This document shows, piece after piece, positions 1 to 8,320 of a stretch of 64,000 nt of DNA. Origin of the DNA: an uncultured Acidobacteriota bacterium (GTDB lineage Bacteria > Acidobacteriota > Thermoanaerobaculia > Multivoradales > UBA5704); NCBI GenBank assembly GCA_963718645.1, contig OY970373.1:4202452-4266451 (forward strand), written 5' to 3'. Below the pieces are notes generated by a model. It was not told the DNA's origin and did no database searches. It saw nothing but the letters and a program-made list of their open reading frames with translations. Position 1 is the stretch's first letter. Every line of letters begins with the position of its first letter. Both the position numbers and the translations under genes were made by a program.

Positions 1-523
1 CGGCGTCGTCGACGGTCACCTCGCCCTCGACCTCGTTGGCGATCGCCAGCACCCGCTGGTAGGCGTTGTCGAACACCACCAGGGTGTCGAAGCGGGCGAA
101 GAGGGCGACGGGGAGGTCGAAGGGGTCGGCGGGGCGGTTCGGCAGGCGCTCTACGAGGCGGATCAGGTCGTAGCCAAAGTAGCCGACGAAGCCGCCGGTG
201 AACGGGATCGGCCCGGGCTCGCTGGAGATCGTCCGGAAGACCTCGTGGAGCGCCGCCAGCGGCTCGCCCGGCAGCCGCCGGCGCTCGCCGCGGATCTCGA
301 CCTCCAGGTGATCGGGATAGAGGCGATAAATCTCGCGCGGCGCCGCGCCCAGGAAGCTGAAGCGGGAGACGCGGTCGCCCCCGGCCACGCTCTCCAGCAG
401 GAAGCGGTAGGGCGAGATAGCGCTGAGCCGGCGGTAGACCGCGAGCGGCGTCAGGCTGTCGGCCAGAAATTCACGGATATGCGGCACGGCGCGGCGCGGC
501 CGGCGCGAACCCCCCTCAGACAT
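1..523 (-). CDS. Chorismate-utilising enzyme component I (anthranilate / aminodeoxychorismate synthase, TrpE/PabB-like), N-terminal part; the gene continues past the left edge
   Basis: Reverse translation from the ATG at 523 gives MSEGGSRRPRRAVPHIREFLADSLTPLAVYRRLSAISPYRFLLESVAGGDRVSRFSFLG..., which is a typical TrpE/PabB N-terminus (TPLxxYxxL, FLLES). No stop occurs before the window edge. Confidence 0.65.
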   Translation of the reverse strand, partial: MSEGGSRRPRRAVPHIREFLADSLTPLAVYRRLSAISPYRFLLESVAGGDRVSRFSFLGAAPREIYRLYPDHLEVEIRGERRRLPGEPLAALHEVFRTISSEPGPIPFTGGFVGYFGYDLIRLVERLPNRPADPFDLPVALFARFDTLVVFDNAYQRVLAIANEVEGEVTVDDA

Positions 524-568
524 CGGATGACCTCCACAGCCAACAAGAAACAACAAGTGAGCTTCGCA

Positions 569-1237
569 TCAAGAGTGTCCCGAGGGAGCAAAACCGTGTC
601 GCTCCAGAAGCACTTCGGTGATTTCCCCCGGATCGACCCCGCTTGCCTGGAGCAGAACGAGGAGGTGATAGAGCAGATCCGCGGCCTCTCCCGTCAACGC
701 TCGCCGCCGTTCTCCTCCCTCATCGGCACCGCGAAGCACGGAGGAAACCGCGGCGATCGCCGTCTCCACCCCCTCCTCCCCCACCTTCTGGGCGATCCGC
801 TCGATGCCTTGAGAGAGCAGGCGCGCCGTGTAGCTGGTCGCGGGATCGGCGGCGCGCCGCGACTCGAGCACCGCCGCCAGCCACCCCAACTCCAGCCGGG
901 CGGGGTTGGGCTCGAAGCAGCTCCGCGTGCCGCGGTGGCAGGTGGGGCCCGCCGGGAGGGCTCGCACCAGCAGCGCGTCGCCGTCGCAGTCGGCGGTCAC
1001 CTCGACCACCTGGAGGGTGTTGCCGGAGGTCTCCCCCTTCTTCCAGAGCGCGGACCGCGAGCGGCTCCAGAAGTGCGCGAAGCCGGTGGACAGGGTCTTC
1101 TCGACCGCCTCGCGGTCGGCGTAGGCGAGCATCAGCACGGCGCCGCTGCCGACGTCCTGGACGACGACGGGGAGCAGGCCGCGGTCGTCGAAACGGAGGG
1201 TGGAGAGGTCGATCATGGGCGGGTCAAAAGCCTTCAT
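569..1237 (-). CDS. hisI: Bifunctional phosphoribosyl-AMP cyclohydrolase / phosphoribosyl-ATP pyrophosphatase HisIE
   Basis: [28 protein letters not shown]...CHRGTRSCF...[20 protein letters not shown] shows HisI and HisE motifs. Its ATG at 1237 overlaps the hisF TGA (ATGA). Confidence 0.85.
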   Translation of the reverse strand: MKAFDPPMIDLSTLRFDDRGLLPVVVQDVGSGAVLMLAYADREAVEKTLSTGFAHFWSRSRSALWKKGETSGNTLQVVEVTADCDGDALLVRALPAGPTCHRGTRSCFEPNPARLELGWLAAVLESRRAADPATSYTARLLSQGIERIAQKVGEEGVETAIAAVSSVLRGADEGGERRRALTGEAADLLYHLLVLLQASGVDPGEITEVLLERHGFAPSGHS

Positions 1238-2070
1238 TTCCCCTCCACCCGCACCGGGAACCCCGCCGCCGCGATCGCCCGTTTGACATCCCCCACCGTA
1301 TACGTGCCCTGGTGGAAGATGGACGCGGCGAGGACGGCGGCGGCACCGGCGGCGAGGGCCTTCACGAGGTGCGCGGGCTCGCCGGCGCCGCCGGAGGCGA
1401 TCACCGGTACCGGCACGGCGGCGGCGGCCCGCTCGATCAGTTCCAGGTCGTACCCCCCCTGCGTGCCGTCGCGGTCGATGCTGGTCAGCAGGATCTCGCC
1501 GGCGCCGCGCTCGACCCCCTCGCGGATCCAGGCCAGGGCGTCGAGGCCGGTGCCCAGACGGCCGCCGCGCGTCACCACCTCCCAGCCGCCGTCTGCCCGG
1601 CGGGCGTCCACCGACAGCACCACGCACTGGCTGCCGAAGCGGCGTGCGAGCTCACCGAGCAGCTCAGGCCGCTCGACGGCGGCGGAGTTGATCCCGACCT
1701 TGTCGGCGCCCGAGCGGAGGAGCCGCGTGGCGTCCGCCTCGCTGCGCACGCCGCCGCCCACGGTCAGCGGGATGAAGACCTGGCTCGCCGTGCGGCGGAC
1801 CCAGTCCACGTCGGTGTCGCGCTCCTCGGGCGCGGCGCCGATGTCGAGGAAGACGATCTCGTCCGCCCCTTGAAGCGCGTAGCGAAGGGCGGACTCGGCG
1901 GGATCGCCCTGGTCGCGCAGGTTCTCGAACCGCACCCCCTTGACCACCCGGCCGGCGGCGACATCCAGGCAGGGAATCACTCTCCGGGCGAGGCCGCTCT
2001 CTCCCCCTCTCCCAGGAAGGGTGGAGGGAGGGCTGGGAGAGGGGGCCGGGGGGTGAGGGTCTACCCGCAT
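1234..2070 (-). CDS. hisF: Imidazole glycerol phosphate synthase cyclase subunit HisF. It has a repeat-encoded 27-aa N-terminal extension; an alternative GTG start at 1980 would drop the conserved LARR residues.
   Basis: ...[26 protein letters not shown]...[10 protein letters not shown] is canonical HisF. The only canonical start upstream of the conserved [11 protein letters not shown] is the ATG at 2070, which lies 10 nt inside the end of hisA. Residues 2-27 are encoded by repeat element A1. Confidence 0.8.
   Translation of the reverse strand: MRVDPHPPAPSPSPPSTLPGRGGESGLARRVIPCLDVAAGRVVKGVRFENLRDQGDPAESALRYALQGADEIVFLDIGAAPEERDTDVDWVRRTASQVFIPLTVGGGVRSEADATRLLRSGADKVGINSAAVERPELLGELARRFGSQCVVLSVDARRADGGWEVVTRGGRLGTGLDALAWIREGVERGAGEILLTSIDRDGTQGGYDLELIERAAAAVPVPVIASGGAGEPAHLVKALAAGAAAVLAASIFHQGTYTVGDVKRAIAAAGFPVRVEGK
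1983..2062. repeat. Repeat family A copy A1 (hisA/hisF junction)
   Basis: CTCCCCCTCTCCCAGGAAGGGTGGAGGGAGGGCTGGGAGAGGGGGCCGGGGGGTGAGGG. Confidence 0.7.
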
Positions 2071-2771
2071 ACGGCCAGAGCCTCCGCGACGGTGAAGGCC
2101 CCCTCGTAGAGGGCGCGGCCGACGATGGCGCCGGCGATCTCCGAAATCTGCCGTGCCGCTTCGAGATCGGCCAGGGAGTGGACGCCACCGGAGAGGAGCG
2201 CCGGCACCCCCGAGGTGCGCGCCACCCGCAGGGCGAGGTCGAGGTTGGGGCCGGTCATCATGCCGTCGCGCTCGACGTCGGTCACCAGCACCGCCGGGCA
2301 GGGGGCGCCCATCAGCCGGCCGCAGAGCTCGCCCAACTGGTGCCCCGCCCCCTCCTTCCAGCCGGCGATCCGCACCTCGCCGTGCGCGACGTCGAGGGCG
2401 GGGACCAACCGGCCAGGGCGCTCCTCGGCCAGCGCGCGGAAGGTCTCGACGTCGCGCGCCACCAGGGAGCCGATCACCACCCGGTCGCAGCCGGCGCCGA
2501 GCGCCCAGTCGATCGCCTCGCGGTCGCGCAGGCCGCCGCCGAGCTGGATGCTGGCGCCCACCGCCGCCATCCGCTCGATGAGCTCCCGCTGCGGCGCTTC
2601 GCCCAGGGCGGCATCCAGATCCACGACGTGGACGCGGACGACTCCGGCGCGGGCGTACGCCTCCAGCACGGCCACCGGATCGTCGTCGTAGACCGTGGCG
2701 CGCGCGTCGTCCCCCTGGCGGAGGCGGACGGCGCGGCCGTGACGGAGGTCGATCGCCGGGATCAGCTCCAC
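2061..2771 (-). CDS. hisA: ProFAR isomerase HisA
   Basis: [21 protein letters not shown]...[14 protein letters not shown]...GGV. Confidence 0.9.
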   Translation of the reverse strand: MELIPAIDLRHGRAVRLRQGDDARATVYDDDPVAVLEAYARAGVVRVHVVDLDAALGEAPQRELIERMAAVGASIQLGGGLRDREAIDWALGAGCDRVVIGSLVARDVETFRALAEERPGRLVPALDVAHGEVRIAGWKEGAGHQLGELCGRLMGAPCPAVLVTDVERDGMMTGPNLDLALRVARTSGVPALLSGGVHSLADLEAARQISEIAGAIVGRALYEGAFTVAEALAVCG

Positions 2772-3382
2772 GCACCCTCCTCAGCCATTTGCAGAAAATT
2801 CGTCAGCAGCCTTAAGCCCGCCGCGCCGCTCCTCTCGGGGTGGAACTGGGTGCCCATCACCCTTCCGCTCGCGGCGACCGCGGGGAAGTCGCGGCCATGG
2901 ATGCAGCGGGCGAGGACACGCTCCTCCGGCACCCCGTCGGGGGCGTAGCTGTGGACGAAGTAGACGTAGCGGTCGGCGAGGCCCTCCAGCAGCGGATGAT
3001 CGGTCGCACCGTGCAGCCGGTTCCAGCCGATGTGCGGCACCGGCACGGTGGCCGGCAGGCGGGTGATCCGGCCGGGGAGGAGGCCGAGGCCGTCGGTGAC
3101 GCCGAACTCCTCCCCCTCGTCGAAGAGGATCTGGAAGCCGACGCAGATGCCGAGCAGCCAGGCGCCCCCCGCCAGCGCCTCGCGCAGCGCCCCCTCGACG
3201 CTCCCACGCACCGCCTCGCGGGGAGGCGCGAAGGCGCCGACGCCGGGGAGGAGCAGGCAGCGGGACCGCGCGATCCGCTCGGGGTCGGCGGAGATCTCCG
3301 CCGATCCTCCGACGTGCTCGACGGCGCGCACCAGATTGCCGAGATTGCCCACGCCGGCGTCGATGACGGTCGCCGCGCTCAT
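2762..3382 (-). CDS. hisH: Imidazole glycerol phosphate synthase glutamine amidotransferase subunit HisH
   Basis: [25 protein letters not shown]...LLPGVGAF...ICVGFQ...HSY...GTQFHPE carries the class I GATase triad motifs. The ATG lies at 3382. Confidence 0.9.
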   Translation of the reverse strand: MSAATVIDAGVGNLGNLVRAVEHVGGSAEISADPERIARSRCLLLPGVGAFAPPREAVRGSVEGALREALAGGAWLLGICVGFQILFDEGEEFGVTDGLGLLPGRITRLPATVPVPHIGWNRLHGATDHPLLEGLADRYVYFVHSYAPDGVPEERVLARCIHGRDFPAVAASGRVMGTQFHPERSGAAGLRLLTNFLQMAEEGAWS

Positions 3383-3963
3383 GCCGAAAGCGTCCCTTTC
3401 GTGCTCGGCACCTCGGCGGCTCCGACGCGCAGGGCCACCGCCTGGCGGAGCGCCAGGGCCGCGGCCTTGAAGGCGGCCTCGGCGGCGTGGTGGCCGTTGC
3501 GGGCGGCGAGAATGTCGAGATGGAGCGTCAGCCGGCCGCGGTCGGCGAAGGCCTGAAAGAAGTCGGCGACCAGGGTGAGGGGGAAATCCGCGGTCACCCA
3601 GCCGCCGGCGATGGCGGCGGGCGCCGCGTAATGGAAGCCGCCGCGCCCCGAGAGGTCGACCACCGCCCGCGCCAGCGCCTCGTCGAGCGGCGCGTAGGCG
3701 TGGGCGAAGCGCACGATTCCCCGCCGCTCCCCCAGCGCATCCGCCAGCGCCTCGCCGAGGGCGATCCCGACATCCTCGACCGTGTGATGGAGGTCGACGT
3801 GGGTGTCGCCCGTGGCGGCGAGGTCGATCCCGAAGCCGGCGTGGGTCGTCAGCGCCGTCAGCATGTGGGCGAAGAAGCCGTCGGGAACCGCGATGCGCCG
3901 CTCGCCGCCGTCGAGGCGGAGGGCGAGCCGGATGCGCGTCTCGCCGGTGAAGCGCTCGACGAT
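3379..3963 (-). CDS. hisB: Imidazoleglycerol-phosphate dehydratase HisB domain. No canonical start codon: it is in one frame with hisC through repeat element A2.
   Basis: IVERFTGETRIRLALRLDGG...HHTVEDVGIALG...AARNGHHAAEA matches HisB. Conservation begins at codon ATC (3963). No ATG/GTG/TTG precedes it and no stop separates it from the upstream hisC frame. Confidence 0.7.
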   Translation of the reverse strand: MVERFTGETRIRLALRLDGGERRIAVPDGFFAHMLTALTTHAGFGIDLAATGDTHVDLHHTVEDVGIALGEALADALGERRGIVRFAHAYAPLDEALARAVVDLSGRGGFHYAAPAAIAGGWVTADFPLTLVADFFQAFADRGRLTLHLDILAARNGHHAAEAAFKAAALALRQAVALRVGAAEVPSTKGTLSA

Positions 3964-3971
3964 TCCTGTTC

Positions 3972-4070
3972 TTGTCTGTCCCTTCCTTTCTTCTCCCCCT
4001 CTCCCAGTGAGGGAGGGTGGGAGGGGATGGGAGAGGGGGCCGGGGGGGGGTGAGGGTTCGCCCCGCAGGG
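3972..4070. repeat. Repeat family A copy A2 (hisC/hisB junction)
   Basis: CCCTTCCTTTCTTCTCCCCCTCTCCCAGTGAGGGAGGGTGGGAGGGGATGGGAGAGGGGGCCGGGGGGGGGTGAGGG. Confidence 0.7.
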
Positions 4071-5127
4071 CCGACCTGACGGCACGCAAGGACGCGCCGG
4101 TCCCCACCGACACACGCAGGCACCCCGCCAATCCCGGATATCCGCCGACGTCGCGCACCCGGATGCTTCGCGCCTCCAGCTCCCGCTGGATTTCCTTCGC
4201 GCGCTCCGGCGGCGTGGCACGGACGAGCAAGAAATTGGCCTCCGAGAGGAAGACCTCGAAACCCGCCTCGGCCAGCATCGCGCTCCACTGCGGCCGGCGT
4301 GCCACCAGCAGCGCCACGCGCCGGCGCGCCGACGCCTCGGCCTCCAGGGCCACGCGGCCGGCGATCACGCCGGGGTGGCCGACGTTGTAGGGAAGCTTGA
4401 CCTTGATCAGCTCGGTCACTAGGCGCGGGTCTGCCAGCAGGTAGCCGAGGCGCAGGCCGGCCAGCGACCAGGCTTTGGAGAAGGTTCGGAAGAGGATCAG
4501 GTGGGGGTGACGCGCCAGCAGCGGCCGGTAATCGAAGCGGCAGAACTCGCCGTAGGCGTTGTCGAGCAGCAGCGGCGCCTCCAAGCGGTCCAGCAGCCGT
4601 TCGACGCGCTCCACAGGCAGGGCATCGCCGGTCGGATTGTTGGGCGTGCAGAGGAGGAGCGGCCGGCGGGGATGGCGCTCGACCTCGGCCTCCAGCTCAT
4701 CGACGGGAATCCGGAGGTCCGCCCGCGGCGGCAGGAAATGGGGCACGCCCCCGGCCTTGAGGACAAAGCTGCGATAGAGCCCGAAGCTCGGCTCAGCGCC
4801 AAGCACCTCGCTGCCGGGGGCTACCAGGGCCGTCAGCGTTACCGATAGGAGCTCGTTCGAGCCGTTGCCCACCAGCACCCCCGCGAAGGGGTGGCCGTGC
4901 AGCCGGCCAAGGTCGCGCCGCAGCTCGTCGGCATGGAAATCGGGATATCTCGCCCAGTCGGCCGCCAGCAACCGCTCGGCCATCTCGATCTTGAAGCGAC
5001 GCGGGAGATCCCAGGGGACCTCGTTCTGATCGAGCTTGTGGCGGCTCGGCGTCAGGTCGAGGTGGTAGGCGCCTAGAGCGCGTAATTCGGGACGCACGAA
5101 GAGGGAGGGATCGGAGGCGTAGCTCAA
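4057..5127 (-). CDS. hisC: Histidinol-phosphate aminotransferase HisC. It reads without a stop through repeat A2 into hisB, giving a 582-codon ORF from 3379 to 5127. The 3' boundary is approximate.
   Basis: MSYASDPSLFVRPELRALGAYHLD...LCTPNNPTGDAL...RTFSKAWSLAGLRLGY (class II aminotransferase; PLP lysine in SK). The C-terminal ...RGEPSPPPGPLSHPLPPSLTGRGGEERKGQTRTG is repeat-encoded. Confidence 0.8.
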
Positions 5128-5149
5128 GCGGCCAACCCCCGATGGATGT

Positions 5150-5356
5150 GGGGGCTCCGAAGGAGTCCAGGCATGTAGCCTGGGGCGTGAGCCCCAGGTT
5201 GAGCGATTTCAAAAGTTCCAAAAGCCCCGAAGGGGCGACGGCAGCCTACAGCGGAGCGATTAGCTGCCGTCGCCCCTTCGGGGCTCCCGGGTTGGGTCAG
5301 GGCCCTTTCCTGGGGCTCACGCCCCAGGCTACATGCCTCGGCTCCTTCGGAGCCCT
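5150..5356. repeat. Repeat family B copy B1: ~207-bp nested palindromic (MITE-like) element between hisD and hisC
   Basis: The 47-bp terminal inverted repeats are GGGCTCCGAAGGAGTCCAGGCATGTAGCCTGGGGCGTGAGCCCCAGG and CCTGGGGCTCACGCCCCAGGCTACATGCCTCGGCTCCTTCGGAGCCC. The inner palindrome is GCCCCGAAGGGGCGACGGCAGC...GCTGCCGTCGCCCCTTCGGGGC. Confidence 0.75.
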
Positions 5357-5374
5357 CAAGAAGGAACGACGATC

Positions 5375-6676
5375 TCACCCCAACCTCCTCCGCGCCGCCG
5401 CCGCGTGCGCGGGCAATCCCTCAACGTCCGCCAGGGCCGCCGCCGCCGCCGCGCGATGGCCGGCCGCCACGGGCGAAAACCGTACGGTGTGGCTCCGCCG
5501 CAGGAAATCCTCGACGCCGAGGGCGGAGGCGAAACGGGCGTTGCCGCAGGTGGGGAGGACGTGGCTGGGACCCGCCACGTAGTCGCCGAAGACCTCGGGT
5601 GTCGAGGCGCCGAGGAAGATGGCGCCGGCGTTGCGGACGTGCAGGGCGAGCACCTCCGCCTCGCGCCCTACGAGCTGCAGGTGCTCGGGCGCGATCCGTT
5701 CCACGAGGTCGAGCGCCTCCTCCAGGCCGGTCACCACCAGCGCGGCGCCGAAGCTTTCGAGGGAGGCGCGCGCCGTGTCCGCCGTGGCGAGATCGGCGAG
5801 TTGGCGGTCGATCTCGGCCGAGACGCGTTTCGCGAGCTTGGCGTCGGTCGTGATCAGCACCGCGGCGGCCTGCGGGTCGTGCTCGGCCTGGGCCAGCAGA
5901 TCGGCGGCGACCTCGGCGGCGTCGGCGTCCGGATCGGCCACGATCACCACCTCGCTGGGACCGGCGAGGCCGTCGATCCCGACGTCCCCCACCACCAGCT
6001 TCTTCGCCGCGGTCACCCAGGCGTTGCCGGGCCCGGCGATCTTGTCCACCCGCCGGATGGTCTCGGTGCCGTAGGCGAAGGCCGCCACCGCGTGGGCGCC
6101 CCCCATCCCCCAGATCTCGGTGACGCCGAGGCGGGCGAGGGTGTAGCGCAGGGCCGGATTGGCGCGGTAGGCGGCGGGCGGGGTGGCCACGGCGATCTCA
6201 CCCACCCCGGCGACGCGCGCGGGAATCACGGTCATCACCACGGTCGACGGATAGCTGGCGCGGCCCCCTGGCACGTAGAGGCCGACGCGAGCTAGCGGCG
6301 TCACCCGCTCCTCCAGCTCGACCCCCTCCTCTTCTAACCGGTAGCCGGTCCGCGCCTGCGGCGCGTGGAAGCGCTCGACGGCGGCGATGGCGCGCTCCAG
6401 CGCCTCGACGAATCCGGCGGGGAGGCCGGCGCCGTCCGCCGCGTCGTCCGCCGCGGGCGAGAGGGCGAGGCCGGCGACCGCTTCCGCCTCGGCGCCGTCG
6501 AGCTTCCGGGCGTAGTCGAGCAGCGCGCGATCCCCCTGCTTGCGGACGTCGCGGACGATCTTTCCCGCGCGGACCAAGGTCCTGGCGTCGAGCACAGTTT
6601 CGCCGCGTCCGAGGAGGCGCTCGATGGCGCGGCGGCCGGCGCGGGAGTCGGTGGGGAGAATCGCGATCGGGCTCAT
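5375..6676 (-). CDS. hisD: Histidinol dehydrogenase HisD
   Basis: [14 protein letters not shown]...[17 protein letters not shown]...[11 protein letters not shown]...QAEHDP. The ATG at 6676 overlaps the hisG TGA (ATGA). Confidence 0.9.
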   Translation of the reverse strand: MSPIAILPTDSRAGRRAIERLLGRGETVLDARTLVRAGKIVRDVRKQGDRALLDYARKLDGAEAEAVAGLALSPAADDAADGAGLPAGFVEALERAIAAVERFHAPQARTGYRLEEEGVELEERVTPLARVGLYVPGGRASYPSTVVMTVIPARVAGVGEIAVATPPAAYRANPALRYTLARLGVTEIWGMGGAHAVAAFAYGTETIRRVDKIAGPGNAWVTAAKKLVVGDVGIDGLAGPSEVVIVADPDADAAEVAADLLAQAEHDPQAAAVLITTDAKLAKRVSAEIDRQLADLATADTARASLESFGAALVVTGLEEALDLVERIAPEHLQLVGREAEVLALHVRNAGAIFLGASTPEVFGDYVAGPSHVLPTCGNARFASALGVEDFLRRSHTVRFSPVAAGHRAAAAAALADVEGLPAHAAAARRRLG

Positions 6677-7299
6677 GAAACCACTCCCGCCGCCTCGAGG
6701 CGGCCGATCCAGTCGTTGAGCAGCGCGCGGTGGCGCTGGTAGGACGCGCGGTTGACCACCAGGCAGGCCGCGACCTCGGCCACGGTCTCGATCTCCACCA
6801 GGTGGTTTTCGGCCAGCGTGCGCCCGGTCTGCACGATGTCGAGCGCCAGCTCGGCCAGGCGGAGGACCGGAGCGAGCTCGATCGAGCCCGAGAGCTTGAC
6901 GATCTCCGCTCCCCAGGCACGCCCGGCCACCACGCGCCGCGCCGTGTTCGGATATTTCGTCGCCAGACGTACCTGAGTCCCCGCGGCGGGGAGCTCGGTT
7001 TCGTGGCCGATGAAAGAGAGGCGAGACCGCCCCTCGATCAGCCGCACCGGCACCAGCAGGTCGCCGTCCACCTCCTCCAGCACGTCGCTGCCGACGATGC
7101 CGCAGTCGGCGATGCCGTGGGTGACGTAGAGCGGCAGGTCCCAATCCTTGAGCGACAGCACCTCGATCCCCTCTTCGGGCAGGCTCGTGCGCAGGCTGCG
7201 CCCCGCGCCGTCGAGCCCCTCGAGGCCGATCCCCGCCGCCCGGAATGCCGCGAGCGCGGAATCGAGGTTGCGCCCCTTCGGCAGCGCCAAGCGGATCAT
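6673..7299 (-). CDS. hisG: ATP phosphoribosyltransferase, short form, HisG
   Basis: MIRLALPKGRNLDSALAAF...LSLKDWDLPLYV. The upstream in-frame [16 protein letters not shown] is repeat A3 read in the other orientation. Confidence 0.85.
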   Translation of the reverse strand: MIRLALPKGRNLDSALAAFRAAGIGLEGLDGAGRSLRTSLPEEGIEVLSLKDWDLPLYVTHGIADCGIVGSDVLEEVDGDLLVPVRLIEGRSRLSFIGHETELPAAGTQVRLATKYPNTARRVVAGRAWGAEIVKLSGSIELAPVLRLAELALDIVQTGRTLAENHLVEIETVAEVAACLVVNRASYQRHRALLNDWIGRLEAAGVVS

Positions 7300-7362
7300 C
7301 CCCTCACCCCCTGGCCCCCTCTCCCGTCCCCTCCCACCCTCCCTCACCGGGAGAGGGGGAAG
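7300..7362. repeat. Repeat family A copy A3 (hisZ/hisG junction, opposite orientation)
   Basis: CCCTCACCCCCTGGCCCCCTCTCCCGTCCCCTCCCACCCTCCCTCACCGGGAGAGGGGG. Confidence 0.7.
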
Positions 7363-8320
7363 CGGACGCTTCGAGCAATCTTTCCAGGCTGAGCGAAAAG
7401 CCCACCGCCGGCACCTCAGCGCCGAGGGCGCGGAACAGGCGGTCGTAGCGCCCGCCGCCGCCCACCGGCAGCGCGGCGGCGCCGGCGTAGGCGTGGAAGA
7501 CGAGCCCGTCGTAGTAGGGGCGGTCGCCGTCCCCGCCGGCCAGCCGCGGATCGAGGCTGTTGCAGGCGAACTCGGCGAGGTCGATCGTCAGCAGCACGCC
7601 GGGGAAGTCGGCGGCCAGCTCGCCGCGCAGCCTGTAAAGCGCGCGCAGGCGCTCCGCCGCCGCCGCCGCTCCCAGCTCCTCCGGCCGGCCGGGGACGCCG
7701 CGCTCGACGATGTCGAGGAGCGTCGAGCCGGCCCGCCGCACCTCGCCGCGCTCGCGCCGCGCCACCGCCGAGGCCAGCCGGAGTGGGTCGTCGACCCCCG
7801 CCGCCAGCAGCAGCCCGTCGAGCGCGCCGGCGAAGCCGAGCACCACCTGCAGGCCGGCGCTCCCGGACGCCGTCGCCAGCTCCAGGAAGAGGCGCAGCAC
7901 CTCGCGCTCGGCCGTCTCGCCGGGGAGGCCGAGCAGCTCGGCGCCCACCTGGTAGAACTCGCGCGCCCGCCCCGCCCGCTCCTCCTGGTAGCGGATGACG
8001 TCGCCGCGATAGTAGAGGCGGAGCGGCAGCGCGAGGGACGCCAGCCGGGGAGCCAGCAGCCGCGCCAGCATCGGCGTGAAATCGGCGCGCAGGGCCAGCA
8101 GCTCGCCGTCGCGGTCGACGAAGCGGTAGAGCTCGCCGCGCGTGGCGGGCGTCAGCATCGCCTCGTAGGGTTCCAGGTAGTCGAGGATCGGCAGGATCAC
8201 CTCGCCGTAGCCCGCCGCCTCCAGCCGCGCCACCAGCCGCTCCTCGGCGGCGCGCCGCCGCCGCGCGCTCTCGAACAGCAGGGCGGCGACGCCGGTGGGG
8301 AGAGCGGCCGAGACCCTCAC
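7304..8320 (-). CDS. hisZ: ATP phosphoribosyltransferase regulatory subunit HisZ (HisS-like), with a repeat-encoded C-terminal tail
   Basis: ...ALLFESARRRRAAEERLVARLEAAGYGEVILPILDYLEPYEAM...YYDGLVFHAY... shows the class II aaRS-like fold. The GTG start at 8320 overlaps the upstream TGA (GTGA). The last 20 aa, SASPSPGEGGWEGTGEGARG, are encoded by repeat A3. Confidence 0.8.
   Translation of the reverse strand: MRVSAALPTGVAALLFESARRRRAAEERLVARLEAAGYGEVILPILDYLEPYEAMLTPATRGELYRFVDRDGELLALRADFTPMLARLLAPRLASLALPLRLYYRGDVIRYQEERAGRAREFYQVGAELLGLPGETAEREVLRLFLELATASGSAGLQVVLGFAGALDGLLLAAGVDDPLRLASAVARRERGEVRRAGSTLLDIVERGVPGRPEELGAAAAAERLRALYRLRGELAADFPGVLLTIDLAEFACNSLDPRLAGGDGDRPYYDGLVFHAYAGAAALPVGGGGRYDRLFRALGAEVPAVGFSLSLERLLEASASPSPGEGGWEGTGEGARG

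Noticed and set aside
1980-1980. Alternative GTG start for hisF downstream of repeat A1.
   Set aside because: It would remove the conserved LARR of the HisF N-terminus ([11 protein letters not shown]). The ATG at 2070 is the only canonical start upstream of the conserved block, so the longer form is preferred, though not proven.
245-2775. Long ORFs on the strand or frame opposite the his genes (245..1873 +, 643..2109 +, 1664..2188 -, 2178..2948 +) and similar Arg/Pro/Gly-rich ORFs throughout (e.g. 10090..11709 +, 13382..14887 +, 21458..23389 -, 35345..37642 +, 42212..44326 +, 45250..47649 +, 47722..50307 +).
   Set aside because: They are typical high-GC shadow ORFs: low-complexity R/P/G/A composition with no recognisable motifs, fully overlapping well-supported genes on the other strand or frame.
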